Virus record (IMG/VR): IMGVR_UViG_3300015214_000024
Coordinates: 9,787 to 73,786 of that record
Length of the DNA stretch: 64,000 bases
Origin: a virus
Taxonomy: Duplodnaviria > Heunggongvirae > Uroviricota > Caudoviricetes
Strand: one strand, 5' to 3'
The notes beneath the pieces are model-generated. The model had not been told where the DNA came from and searched no databases. It was given only the letters and a program-made list of their open reading frames with translations. The position numbers and the translations under genes are program-made. Numbering within the stretch: the stretch's first letter is position 1; each line of letters opens with the position of its first letter. Positions 25,980-35,058 of the stretch are shown in pieces.

Positions 25980-27770
25980 TTACTGGCCCACCGGCTTGGC
26001 TGGGACCTCGCGTTCGACTGGTACATACTTGACAGTACCAACTTCACACTGGGCAACCTGGATGTTAGTGACCAAGCGAGTGTTGCTTGAGCTGGTACCA
26101 AAGCCACCCTGTCCCCAGGATTGGTTGCCACCACCGCCACCAATTGCGAGGTTACCACCACCGCTGATGCCGATCACAGTTGAGAACATCACAACCTGGC
26201 TGCCGAAGAGACGGTAGCCTGAACCATCTGGAAGTGCAACCTGACGGTAGTCGACAATGTTGCCATCCTTGTCAGTGTATGGTGCAAGGTCGTAAGTGAA
26301 TCCCTGGTCAACCTTGGACTTGCCAATGAGACCACTACGGGTTCCGACAATCGGAGTCTTCACGACAGTCTGGAGCGGACCACAAGCAAGGGTTTCCTTG
26401 ATGATGTTACCGATAGCAACCTGGCTTGGCGGAGTTGCTGGAACGACTGGCGGGATGAACAGCGTCTTGCTTGAATAGTTCGTAACACTGCGGTCAGATG
26501 CATCAACGCTGGTGGTGTTACCCTGAGCGGCATTTGACGAATTATTGCCGGCGTTCGTCTGGGTTGACTTGCTGTTATTGCCAGCGTTTGACTGGTTGGT
26601 CGAATTTGACGAATTGTTACCAGCGTTGGTCTGAGATGCCGAAGCATTTTGCGTTGCCTTGCTGTTATTGCCTTCGTTCGTCTGCGACGTAGCACCAGTG
26701 GTCATCGATGCGTTGTTACCAGCATTGGTCTGCGTAGTAGCACCTGTGCTCACAGCAGTGTTCTGCTTATTACTGTTGGCGCTTGATGCATCAACATTGT
26801 TGCGCTGATCAGCAGTAGTGTTGTTAGACACTTCAGTATTCTGACCCTGAGCATTAAGCTGGCCTTGTGTGTTACCACCAGAGTAACTGTTGCCCGAATC
26901 CTTTACAGCACCACCGGCTGAATAGCTGTTGCCACCAGTGAGTGTTTGGTCACCACCAGTTACACGAGTATCGCCTTCGAGGATAGTGGTGTCGACGCCC
27001 AGCTTAACATCCTGGCTACCAGCAACAGTGTTGCCCGAACCGTTACCATTGGCGTTAGCGTTCTGCATCTGGCCCTGGGCGTTACCGAGGGTGTTTCCGC
27101 CGGAGTTGGAACCGCTGATCGACTTAGAGTCGTTGTTGAAGTCGTTGCCTGAACCGTTGCCATTGCCGCTGTTCGCGCCAGCGCCGGCCCCAGCTAGAGC
27201 ACCTGCCCCGGCGCCTGCATATTGACCAGCATTCTGGCCGGCGTTCTGACCAGCTTGAGTGCCAACATTACCGACTGACGAATTACCACCAAAGCCAATA
27301 CCGCCAGTTGCGTTGCCACCTTCAGCCTTGCCACCGGTTACCGTGCCATTGAAGTCGGAAGAGCCGCCATTACCGCCCATACCAACACCAACTCCGAGGC
27401 CGCCTGCGCCACCATTGGCTGTATTAGTGTTATTGATGTCGTTGCTGGAATTTCCAGACCCAATAGTGCCAGAAATGGCGCCGCTGGATGAATTAGATCC
27501 TGCAATTGCCCCTGCAGCCGCGCCAGCATTAGCATTTGATGTACCACCGGCTCCACCGTGACCGCCCTGGCCGCCGGTTCCACCATTACCACCATTACCA
27601 CCATTACCATCAGATGGCGGAGTAGGGGTCTGACAATGAGGATTGCCAGTATGCTTACCGTTACCACAAACGGAATCTGGCTTGTCACTGTCATTACCAT
27701 AAGTTGCATAGGCCGGTGAAGCAACTGCAAGAGCAGCCGTAGAAGCCATAAGAATTAAAATTGATCGCAT
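25980..27770 (-). CDS. large secreted Gly/Asn/Ser/Thr-rich low-complexity protein with structured C-terminal domain (596 aa)
   Basis: signal peptide MRSILILMASTAALAVASPAYA; GGNGGNGGTGG-type repeats; RBS. Confidence 0.6.
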   Translation of the reverse strand: MRSILILMASTAALAVASPAYATYGNDSDKPDSVCGNGKHTGNPHCQTPTPPSDGNGGNGGNGGTGGQGGHGGAGGTSNANAGAAAGAIAGSNSSSGAISGTIGSGNSSNDINNTNTANGGAGGLGVGVGMGGNGGSSDFNGTVTGGKAEGGNATGGIGFGGNSSVGNVGTQAGQNAGQNAGQYAGAGAGALAGAGAGANSGNGNGSGNDFNNDSKSISGSNSGGNTLGNAQGQMQNANANGNGSGNTVAGSQDVKLGVDTTILEGDTRVTGGDQTLTGGNSYSAGGAVKDSGNSYSGGNTQGQLNAQGQNTEVSNNTTADQRNNVDASSANSNKQNTAVSTGATTQTNAGNNASMTTGATSQTNEGNNSKATQNASASQTNAGNNSSNSTNQSNAGNNSKSTQTNAGNNSSNAAQGNTTSVDASDRSVTNYSSKTLFIPPVVPATPPSQVAIGNIIKETLACGPLQTVVKTPIVGTRSGLIGKSKVDQGFTYDLAPYTDKDGNIVDYRQVALPDGSGYRLFGSQVVMFSTVIGISGGGNLAIGGGGGNQSWGQGGFGTSSSNTRLVTNIQVAQCEVGTVKYVPVEREVPAKPVGQ

Positions 27771-27838
27771 TAACAAATACCTTTCCCTGTTACAATCGTC
27801 TGCTCGTATAATTTCTTTCGTATCGTTTGTCAATCGTT

Positions 27839-28513
27839 TTAGGCAACAAAAACGCAATAAGATTTCATTTCTGGGGTCGGACTATTGACATATTGAATAT
27901 ATCTAGGATCGTATTCCAACGCTTTCCATATGTCATCTTCTGTCTGATCAGACAAATATTGGAAATAAGATGTATCGTTTTCAAAGGCTTCGCGGCGAGC
28001 GCGTGGGCACCATTCAATTCTTCGATCACATATTAGTGAAGGCTTCTTGCGAATAGCAATGATTTGGAATTCTTCGTCAGCCGTCGCAGAATTTAAAATA
28101 GTGTCTGGATTTTCTTCAAACAGCAACTTCCAAAGACTACGTGATGGATTTTTGATCTTTTTAAACACCTGACCAGCAGTCAAGGTCCCGTGCTTTGCGG
28201 CTGCCATCTGAACCGTCTCTGTTGGCTCATCAATAAAGCCAATCAGACCAGGGTCTTCATAGATCGCCTTCAGGCATTCATCCTCGGTAGGATTTGCAAT
28301 GTATTGGATATTGGCGTGGTTGATCGCAAGAAGAATCTGTCTCAAAATAGGAGTGCGATCAACCTTTTCTTTTTTCGAAATCCATTCAGTCAGCTTATCA
28401 GCTTCGTGCTTAGTAAGCTGATTTGGCGGGACCATTTTGTTCACCAGATATTCCAGTCCTGCCTCAGGCAGGATGGTTATCATATTAAAAAGATCTCGAA
28501 TGGACATCGTCAT
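27839..28513 (-). CDS. DUF4116-like repeat protein (paralog 1 of 5)
   Basis: repeats; C-terminal PEMKSY motif shared with neighbours. Confidence 0.6.
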   Translation of the reverse strand: MTMSIRDLFNMITILPEAGLEYLVNKMVPPNQLTKHEADKLTEWISKKEKVDRTPILRQILLAINHANIQYIANPTEDECLKAIYEDPGLIGFIDEPTETVQMAAAKHGTLTAGQVFKKIKNPSRSLWKLLFEENPDTILNSATADEEFQIIAIRKKPSLICDRRIEWCPRARREAFENDTSYFQYLSDQTEDDIWKALEYDPRYIQYVNSPTPEMKSYCVFVA

Positions 28514-28544
28514 ACATCACCTATATGGTGACGCGTGTCATATG

Positions 28545-29333
28545 TCAACCACAAATAATAGCAGTAGCAATCATTTCTGGAGTTGGATCGTTTATAAAAT
28601 CAATCGACTTAGGTTGGTTCATAATAGCTGACCACTTGACTGACCGGCTAGGAGATTTAACTCGTGAAATGTTAGATGGGCCGTGCTTGACATATTCTAT
28701 TGATGCTGCCTCTGGCGGGTTTTTGATTTTGAGATAATAGCTAGGGTCATTGGCAATAGCAATAACCATAGCTTCTGGACAAGGACGACGTATTGAACGA
28801 ATAAGATGATGATTCTTATTCATTGCATAAAGTTGTTCAGCTACAGTTGGATTACTAATGTGCTGGATGTTTTCTGGATAACGCTCAAGTGCTATCTTAC
28901 GCACAGTTTTGGTTGGATGCTTGAAGAAACAAAACGACATCGGTGCCGAACGTAATGCAAGCATCTGTAATTCAGTCGTCTGTTGCTTAACAAACTGAAT
29001 TGCGTTACCGTCATTACCTACCGCAGCAAAAATCATCGCCTTCGTAGGATTACGAAAGTTTTGAAGATTCATACCATACAACGCACAAGATTTAACAAGT
29101 GCGTCTGGATGAATGTTCCGAATCATCTTATAAGCATTCTTTGGATCTTTTTCAATAGCAAAGAGCTGAAGATCTGTCTCAGGATAGCGGATGAACTGAA
29201 TTGCTTTCCAGTTGTTAGTTACTGCTACAAGCTGGACTGGTCGTGGAGGATTCTTCATCCACTTGATAGCGAGCGGATCAGAAGCCAATTTCAGTATAGC
29301 TTGCTCAATCTCCGTCTGAGACCAGCTTTGCAT
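28545..29333 (-). CDS. DUF4116-like repeat protein (paralog 2)
   Basis: NPPRPVQLVAV..NWKAIQFI repeats. Confidence 0.6.
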   Translation of the reverse strand: MQSWSQTEIEQAILKLASDPLAIKWMKNPPRPVQLVAVTNNWKAIQFIRYPETDLQLFAIEKDPKNAYKMIRNIHPDALVKSCALYGMNLQNFRNPTKAMIFAAVGNDGNAIQFVKQQTTELQMLALRSAPMSFCFFKHPTKTVRKIALERYPENIQHISNPTVAEQLYAMNKNHHLIRSIRRPCPEAMVIAIANDPSYYLKIKNPPEAASIEYVKHGPSNISRVKSPSRSVKWSAIMNQPKSIDFINDPTPEMIATAIICG

Positions 29334-30048
29334 AGCTTACCATCTCCGGTGAAGGATTTCGAATCTTCTTGATGAGAGTCCCATCAGCGTAGAGAGCAGC
29401 CCAACAGCATTCTTCAGTCTGATTGACCATAAGCTCAATCTGATCAGGGTATTCAGTAATATGACGCAGAGCAATGTCTTCGTCAATCTCGTTCAAATAA
29501 TGGATGCCATCATCTGGACGTTCTTTGAGGATGAATTCCTGATGATCACGATGAGGATGCTTAACCCATTCAATTGAACAAGGATTTTCCTTGATCATCA
29601 TCGCGACCATTTCATATGTAGGCTCATTGATGAACTGAGCATTTTTGTGATCGTGTCCAATCGCAATTACTTGCAACACGTGATCTGGATTCTGAATGTG
29701 CTTGATGGCATCACCATCACGAGTAACTGCTCGATGCTGTTGAGCGTACGAAGGATTTTCGATGAGGCTAATACAATTGCCATTGATACTAATGGCTGAA
29801 TCAAGGACCTTCTGATCAATGTCAGAGATCATTTCGACCAATTCAAAGATACCATCGCGATCGATATAGCCCTGTGCCTTGATGGCTTCCTGCTGCTCAA
29901 GCACAGTAGGATTATCAAAATACTGGATAGCTGTAGGAGAACGCTGGATAGCCGCCATACGGAAATCTTCGTCAATTAGATCCTTGGGGACCATCCTGAC
30001 GAGGTTACCATTTTGTTTGATCAAGTTCAGGGCGTATTCGCGGTCCAT
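29305..30048 (-). CDS. DUF4116-like repeat protein (paralog 3)
   Basis: LIKQNGNLVRMVP...AIQRSPTAIQYF repeats. Confidence 0.6.
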   Translation of the reverse strand: MDREYALNLIKQNGNLVRMVPKDLIDEDFRMAAIQRSPTAIQYFDNPTVLEQQEAIKAQGYIDRDGIFELVEMISDIDQKVLDSAISINGNCISLIENPSYAQQHRAVTRDGDAIKHIQNPDHVLQVIAIGHDHKNAQFINEPTYEMVAMMIKENPCSIEWVKHPHRDHQEFILKERPDDGIHYLNEIDEDIALRHITEYPDQIELMVNQTEECCWAALYADGTLIKKIRNPSPEMVSYAKLVSDGD

Positions 30049-30096
30049 AACAATTCCTCTAAATTTCCATATCTATACTGGATTAATTGTTATGCG

Positions 30097-30750
30097 TCAA
30101 CCACAAAGTATAGCGTAGCTTTTCTGTTCTTTGGTCAGGTTCATAATTCCATATTCTTGCGGGAATTCTTGAACCAAATCCCACCATTGATCAGTGGTTA
30201 GATTGTGATTCTTGAGATCAATTTTGCCGCGGCGGAATGATTGATTCTTACCCATAGCTATTGCCAGCTTGATAGCATAGACATCGGCATTAACAACCTC
30301 ATTGATTAAAGAATAATTATCATCCAATGCCAATAGTTGGGCATCAAGGCACGGATGTTTGATTCGAGTTATAGCTTTCGAAATGTTGGCTACTGCTGCC
30401 TTTTGAACAGTTTCAGACGGTTCTACGATCAAACCAACTAAAAGGCCATTCTTTGAAATAGCCTCAAGCTGGACTTCTTCATCCGGATCTGGAATATATT
30501 TGAGAGCTCGGGGGTCATTCCTGACAGCAAAGAGCTCAATAGACTTATCCTGTTTCGGGAGGCCACGCAAAGCAACGATATTTCGTTTGATGGCCAACTT
30601 GACCAATTCGGGACTCGGATTGTCCAGATGCCAAATGACCTGATAATTGATTTCAACAGCCTTAACCAGGAACTCTGGCGAGGGGTTTTGTATTCGAGAA
30701 ATTTGGGTCGGATCATTCCGTATCCGACCCAGCTGTAACGTTTTCAACAT
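30097..30750 (-). CDS. DUF4116-like repeat protein (paralog 4)
   Basis: repeats; C-terminal EQKSYAILCG. Confidence 0.6.
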   Translation of the reverse strand: MLKTLQLGRIRNDPTQISRIQNPSPEFLVKAVEINYQVIWHLDNPSPELVKLAIKRNIVALRGLPKQDKSIELFAVRNDPRALKYIPDPDEEVQLEAISKNGLLVGLIVEPSETVQKAAVANISKAITRIKHPCLDAQLLALDDNYSLINEVVNADVYAIKLAIAMGKNQSFRRGKIDLKNHNLTTDQWWDLVQEFPQEYGIMNLTKEQKSYAILCG

Positions 30751-30751
30751 A

Positions 30752-31144
30752 TTAACTCATGATGGTGGCTGCGGCTTTCATTTCCTCGGAAATGTTCTGC
30801 ACGTGGTCAGCCAGGGAAGGATCTGCACACAATACGGCCCAAACCGTATCATCGCTGGGCTTCTTGATGAAACGGATAACTGAGGCATTTTGAAGGACAG
30901 CTCGGTGCCACATTTCATCAGTAGCCGTATCTCGGAACTGGAGGATAGCCAAGCCCTGCACATCAACGAGAGCAAGTCGAACTGCTTCATTTTCCTGCAA
31001 TGCTTCAGGCAGGTAGCGGAACGAATCTATATCCGTCTGTACGGCGAGGACCGCAGCATCTTCCGTAAGGTTACCAATGTTGGCAACAGCAAACGGATTG
31101 GCAGTGATCTTCTTGATCTGGACCTCAGGCTTGTAATTGCGCAT
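30752..31144 (-). CDS. DUF4116-like repeat protein (paralog 5, short)
   Basis: EDAAVLAVQTD...EAVRLALVDVQGLAILQF. Confidence 0.55.
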   Translation of the reverse strand: MRNYKPEVQIKKITANPFAVANIGNLTEDAAVLAVQTDIDSFRYLPEALQENEAVRLALVDVQGLAILQFRDTATDEMWHRAVLQNASVIRFIKKPSDDTVWAVLCADPSLADHVQNISEEMKAAATIMS

Positions 31145-31199
31145 TGTTATCTCCTTTACCTCCGCACAATAGCACGAAACGTACCGCAGTCAAGAAAAA

Positions 31200-31481
31200 T
31201 TAGGTGAAAATTTCACCATAACACATTGTGAAGACCATCTTATCCTGAGGGTCTGTAAAATAGAACACAACGTCCTTGGTATGATCAGTCCAGCTTCGAC
31301 GCTCTTTAGTGATATAAAAAGGCGAAATGCAATTGGCTTCCAGCCATTTCACAATAGGTCTAAGCTGCTCTTTAATTTGGGCTTGCGTAGGGCGCACGTC
31401 GACTGGGCGGCGATGAAAGCTTTCTTTACCAAACTGTTTACACAGTTGTTCAAATTGTGCAGTTGTTAACTGGCTAACCAT
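31200..31481 (-). CDS. hypothetical protein (93 aa)
   Basis: AAAGGTGA RBS before internal ATG. Confidence 0.5.
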   Translation of the reverse strand: MVSQLTTAQFEQLCKQFGKESFHRRPVDVRPTQAQIKEQLRPIVKWLEANCISPFYITKERRSWTDHTKDVVFYFTDPQDKMVFTMCYGEIFT

Positions 31482-31582
31482 TCGTTCACCTTTCACAGGA
31501 CGATTTATGTGTTAGCAAAAGTATGGTTTTTAGTCAAGAAAAAAGGGCGGGGTTACCGCCCTTAATTCCAAAGCCCCAGGGC

Positions 31583-32413
31583 TTACTTAATGTTGATGAA
31601 CGGGGTCGTTCCAGGACCAGCAATGACCTGCGGCACATCGCCGTTCCACTTCTTGATCGCTTCCTGCTGGAGGATCTCAGGATTGGTGCGGATAGCTTCA
31701 CCGCGGACTCGCATAGCTTCAGCCTCACCAGTTGCTTCTGCAACCTTCGATTCTGCTTCTGCCTTCGCCTTAGCGACGTTTGCCTGAGCAGCAAGAGCAG
31801 CCTGTTCGTTGGCGATCTTCTGGTTGATCTGAGCCTGCACCTGCTTCGGCATACGAATGTCCGACGCCCAATACAGTTCGTCAACTACCAGGCCTTGCTT
31901 GGCGAAGTATGCACGAACCCTCACCAGGGCCTTCGCGATCAGCTCAGCCTTACGAGGACCATAAATTTCCTCAACGCCCATCTGCGATGCTTCCTGCACA
32001 ATCGCATTGCGGATGTTATTGCGCATCGGGCCGGCGACCAAGCGATCCATTTCCATACGATATGTAGTGAACAGCTTTGGAGCCAGGGCAGGATCGACTC
32101 GATAGGCCACCGAAACATCAGCGCTCAGGCCGAGACCGTTCTTGTCCTGGAACGTGAATGCTTCGCTGTTCGGGCTCTGGTCAGTTGAATCAGCTGTCCA
32201 GGCGTAAGTGTTGGTGAAGGTCGGATATTCGTACATATTCACGCCTGGAGGGGTGAAGTACCAACCAACACCCTTGGCGACTTCGTCAACGCCACCGCCG
32301 AGGTTGCTGACCTTGATACCAACATAGCCCGGAGTGACTCGGGTAAAGCTGCACGAACCGACGAGCAGCACGATAAAAAGTGCAATAGCACCAAGAACAA
32401 ACTTAAAATTCAC
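31583..32413 (-). CDS. SPFH/band-7 (prohibitin/HflC-like) membrane protein
   Basis: N-terminal TM, SPFH core, C-terminal Ala/Glu-rich coiled coil. Confidence 0.65.
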   Translation of the reverse strand: MNFKFVLGAIALFIVLLVGSCSFTRVTPGYVGIKVSNLGGGVDEVAKGVGWYFTPPGVNMYEYPTFTNTYAWTADSTDQSPNSEAFTFQDKNGLGLSADVSVAYRVDPALAPKLFTTYRMEMDRLVAGPMRNNIRNAIVQEASQMGVEEIYGPRKAELIAKALVRVRAYFAKQGLVVDELYWASDIRMPKQVQAQINQKIANEQAALAAQANVAKAKAEAESKVAEATGEAEAMRVRGEAIRTNPEILQQEAIKKWNGDVPQVIAGPGTTPFINIK

Positions 32414-32416
32414 GTG

Positions 32417-32644
32417 TTAACCTTCCTTGGATTTGTCAGCAAAATCCTGGGCAATAACTTTAAGTGCAGGAGTGAGCCGACGGGCAGAGATATATGCAGT
32501 GACAGGGATGCTAATGATCCACATCAAAGCAAGCGGTACGAGGATCGATCCGTGACTGGAGAGCATCCCCATAATTGTAAATATTGCCACAGCGTGGTAC
32601 ACAACCACTACTGCCAGCAATATATAACTTCTAAGAAGAGACAT
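32417..32644 (-). CDS. small 2-TM membrane protein, SPFH partner candidate
   Basis: immediately upstream of SPFH gene, same strand. Confidence 0.5.
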   Translation of the reverse strand: MSLLRSYILLAVVVVYHAVAIFTIMGMLSSHGSILVPLALMWIISIPVTAYISARRLTPALKVIAQDFADKSKEG

Positions 32645-32795
32645 TAATTTTCCTTCGTCTTCAAATGTGACGTTGGCTTTATGATATCTTTCAATTTATG
32701 TCAATGGAAAAAGGGAAGAACTGAATAAGTTTTTAGAATCTGAAAACTTCCTAATGTGGTGGTGATTGGTCTCGAACTGCCAACCGATAAATAAG

Positions 32796-32870
32796 TGGTG
32801 CGGGGTGAGGGATTCGAACCCCCAACCTACCGGTTATGAGCCAGCTGCTCTACCGTTGAGCTAACCCCGC
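32796..32870 (-). tRNA. tRNA-Met (anticodon CAU; elongator or Ile-lysidine type)
   Basis: cloverleaf: GCGGGGT acceptor, D GCTC/GAGC, loop CUCAUAA, T-loop TTCGAAT, CCA encoded. Confidence 0.85.
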
Positions 32871-32904
32871 ATCGTATGTTTATTTATACTGGAAAACCTT
32901 AACA

Positions 32905-33351
32905 ATGTCAACGTGCCATCACCCAAATTGTGAAAAAGTTTTATCTGGCCATCAAAAGAAATATTGCTCTAAAAGTTGTGCTACAAAAATGAATAATACT
33001 GGGAAACGGCGACACGGAAAACCAGTCAACATTTGCCCAGTTTGTTTATCACCTACAAAAAGATCATCAAGCACTTATTGTTCAAACAAATGCCAAAATT
33101 CGGTAAGAAGAAAATCCGAAAAAGAATTATTATCAAATAATGCTGCTCGACAATCAACATACCGAGCGAAAGGCTACAGAGCCATTGCCCCCAATGCTGA
33201 TCGTGATTTAATTAAAGAAATATATAAAAACTGCCCTGAAGGATATGAAGTGGATCACATCACACCAGTATCAAAAGGTGGTTTACACCACCAAGATAAT
33301 CTTCAATATCTAACGATTAGTGGAAATCGTGCTAAAGGAAATCGAATTTAA
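32905..33351 (+). CDS. HNH endonuclease
   Basis: EVDHITPVSKGG..HH.DNLQ HNH motif; adjacent to tRNA. Confidence 0.7.
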   Translation: MSTCHHPNCEKVLSGHQKKYCSKSCATKMNNTGKRRHGKPVNICPVCLSPTKRSSSTYCSNKCQNSVRRKSEKELLSNNAARQSTYRAKGYRAIAPNADRDLIKEIYKNCPEGYEVDHITPVSKGGLHHQDNLQYLTISGNRAKGNRI

Positions 33352-33629
33352 CGTCTTGTTGCGACTTTTTCAGTAAATTTGGTTTTTTGTATGCGTAGTA
33401 TTTCTGCGGTAATTGCTTTAAGCTCTTGGATTGTATTTTCCAAGTCGCTAGTTTTATCACACAATTCGTCAAACTTCTTATCGCATTTTTTCACAGATTC
33501 ATTCCTTTTAGGAATATCGATGTTTCTATTTATTATTTTTTTAAGCGATATACTCTTCCAGCGCCAGCATTTTAAGTTGAACACGATCCAGATCGTGCTG
33601 ACACGCATTACGCTCACGAAGCTCAGCAT
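33348..33629 (-). CDS. hypothetical coiled-coil protein; start uncertain (overlaps 3' end of HNH gene)
   Basis: ORF only. Confidence 0.3.
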   Translation of the reverse strand: MLSFVSVMRVSTIWIVFNLKCWRWKSISLKKIINRNIDIPKRNESVKKCDKKFDELCDKTSDLENTIQELKAITAEILRIQKTKFTEKVATRR

Positions 33630-34005
33630 ACCAAAGAGCCATCTTATAATATTTATTGATCAAAACTTGGCGACATTTGTACCGACGAGTAGACGGATCA
33701 TAGCCTAGCTTTTCATTAACTCTCTCGAGCATCTCGATCTCGAAATCAGTCGGCAAACGTTCGCCTTTATCCTGATTGCAGTCATAATGACTGAGTAGTA
33801 GATTACCAGCATTGACTTGATACAAATGAAGAGGATAGACGTGATCAACCGTGACATCGTTTGATACAAGTCGTTCTCTGCAAATCGGACAGGTATGATC
33901 CTGCGCTTTAAGCATCAAAGGAACACCAACATTGGCTACAATCAATCGAGCCTGGTGCCGAAGCTTCCTATACTTTGCTTGGTTTATCTTTGCCATAGCA
34001 CACAA
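33541..34005 (-). CDS. HNH endonuclease
   Basis: CPICRERL...VDHVYPL...NLLLSHYDCNQDKG. Confidence 0.65.
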   Translation of the reverse strand: MCAMAKINQAKYRKLRHQARLIVANVGVPLMLKAQDHTCPICRERLVSNDVTVDHVYPLHLYQVNAGNLLLSHYDCNQDKGERLPTDFEIEMLERVNEKLGYDPSTRRYKCRQVLINKYYKMALWYAELRERNACQHDLDRVQLKMLALEEYIA

Positions 34006-34041
34006 CTATGGCAAAGATATAAGTCAGTCAAGTCCTACTTT

Positions 34042-34551
34042 TCAATATCCTTTAGAAAAATAGTCATCAATCAACTCTTGGACCATCTCAACCATTCGGA
34101 TATCTCCGTCGCGCAAAACCTCCAAGAGATCACGCTTCTCACGGAAATAAACTTTGGCGAAATTCGGATCGCTGACCCGAATATCCTTCAAGTTATCGTA
34201 AGAATCAATCAGCTTAACTGTCTTAATAACAGTCGGTGCCTGAGCGATATGGTTCTTATCGATCAGCTTTCGGGCTTTGCGATTTCCATCTTCCGGCTTG
34301 GATTGGTCACTCAGCCACCACACACCTTGAGATGCATCGTTGCCGAACAAGACTGACAAAAGCTCAAACGGAACATCTTGATCCTCGTGACTGTCGTGCA
34401 AATATGCTGCAATAACAGCCCACTCTGTAAGTCCCAGCCACATAGCCATATCGCCCACAGCCTCAGTGTGAGTCGTATATGCCTTACCAGTGAACTTACG
34501 AACCTGGTCGCGGTGGACATAACGTCCAAACAGGATAGCATTTTGAATCAT
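34042..34551 (-). CDS. HD-domain phosphohydrolase resembling SpoT/RelA (p)ppGpp hydrolase domain (small alarmone hydrolase-like)
   Basis: RYVHRDQ...H...LHDSHEDQD HD motifs. Confidence 0.55.
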   Translation of the reverse strand: MIQNAILFGRYVHRDQVRKFTGKAYTTHTEAVGDMAMWLGLTEWAVIAAYLHDSHEDQDVPFELLSVLFGNDASQGVWWLSDQSKPEDGNRKARKLIDKNHIAQAPTVIKTVKLIDSYDNLKDIRVSDPNFAKVYFREKRDLLEVLRDGDIRMVEMVQELIDDYFSKGY

Positions 34552-34581
34552 ACCTCCTATTAGGACATTTCCAGGACAGTG

Positions 34582-34773
34582 TCAACCCGGAATGAAGAAA
34601 CTTACCTCGACTTGAATTATGTTACCATTGCTGGCAAAACGATTCGTCTTTGCACCGCGGTACGTTTTGAATGTGCGAGCAGATTCAATGTGCCGAGTCA
34701 TTCGACCGCGGCGATGACAGGTGACATACCCTTGTGGGGTTTTAATCACATACCGGGTGTAAGTTTCATTCAT
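34582..34773 (-). CDS. hypothetical basic protein (63 aa)
   Basis: GGAG RBS. Confidence 0.35.
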   Translation of the reverse strand: MNETYTRYVIKTPQGYVTCHRRGRMTRHIESARTFKTYRGAKTNRFASNGNIIQVEVSFFIPG

Positions 34774-34782
34774 TCTCCAGCC

Positions 34783-35058
34783 TCAATAACTAGTGTGTGA
34801 TACTCGCTCAGAAATAAAGAGCTCAGTATCATCAACAATGCCTTCATCGTTCAAAAGATGAAGTTCGTCCGGACAATCACGGATCGAAGCTGCCTCGACT
34901 TCAAAAGTGACCATAACTTCTGACGGCTCAATAACATCCATCTCGATGAATTCCATATCAGTATTTTCATACTCAGACAGATATGCTTCCAGGTCTGACA
35001 GATCAATATCACTGTCGTCGCGAGTCTTGACTGAGAAGGTAAGTTCAAAAGTTTTCAT
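34783..35058 (-). CDS. hypothetical acidic protein (91 aa)
   Basis: ORF, coupled. Confidence 0.45.
   Translation of the reverse strand: MKTFELTFSVKTRDDSDIDLSDLEAYLSEYENTDMEFIEMDVIEPSEVMVTFEVEAASIRDCPDELHLLNDEGIVDDTELFISERVSHTSY

Noticed and set aside
26360-27730. Several 60-130 aa ORFs on both strands inside 25980..27770
   Set aside because: They lie within or antisense to the Gly/Asn-rich low-complexity gene. Repetitive GC-rich codons create spurious open frames.
32740-32795. Second tRNA-like 3' fragment (revcomp GGTTGGCAGTTCGAGACCAATCACCACCA) next to tRNA-Met
   Set aside because: There is no room for a full tRNA before the tRNA-Met 3' end, and stems are imperfect. It could be a tRNA remnant, but it is not callable.
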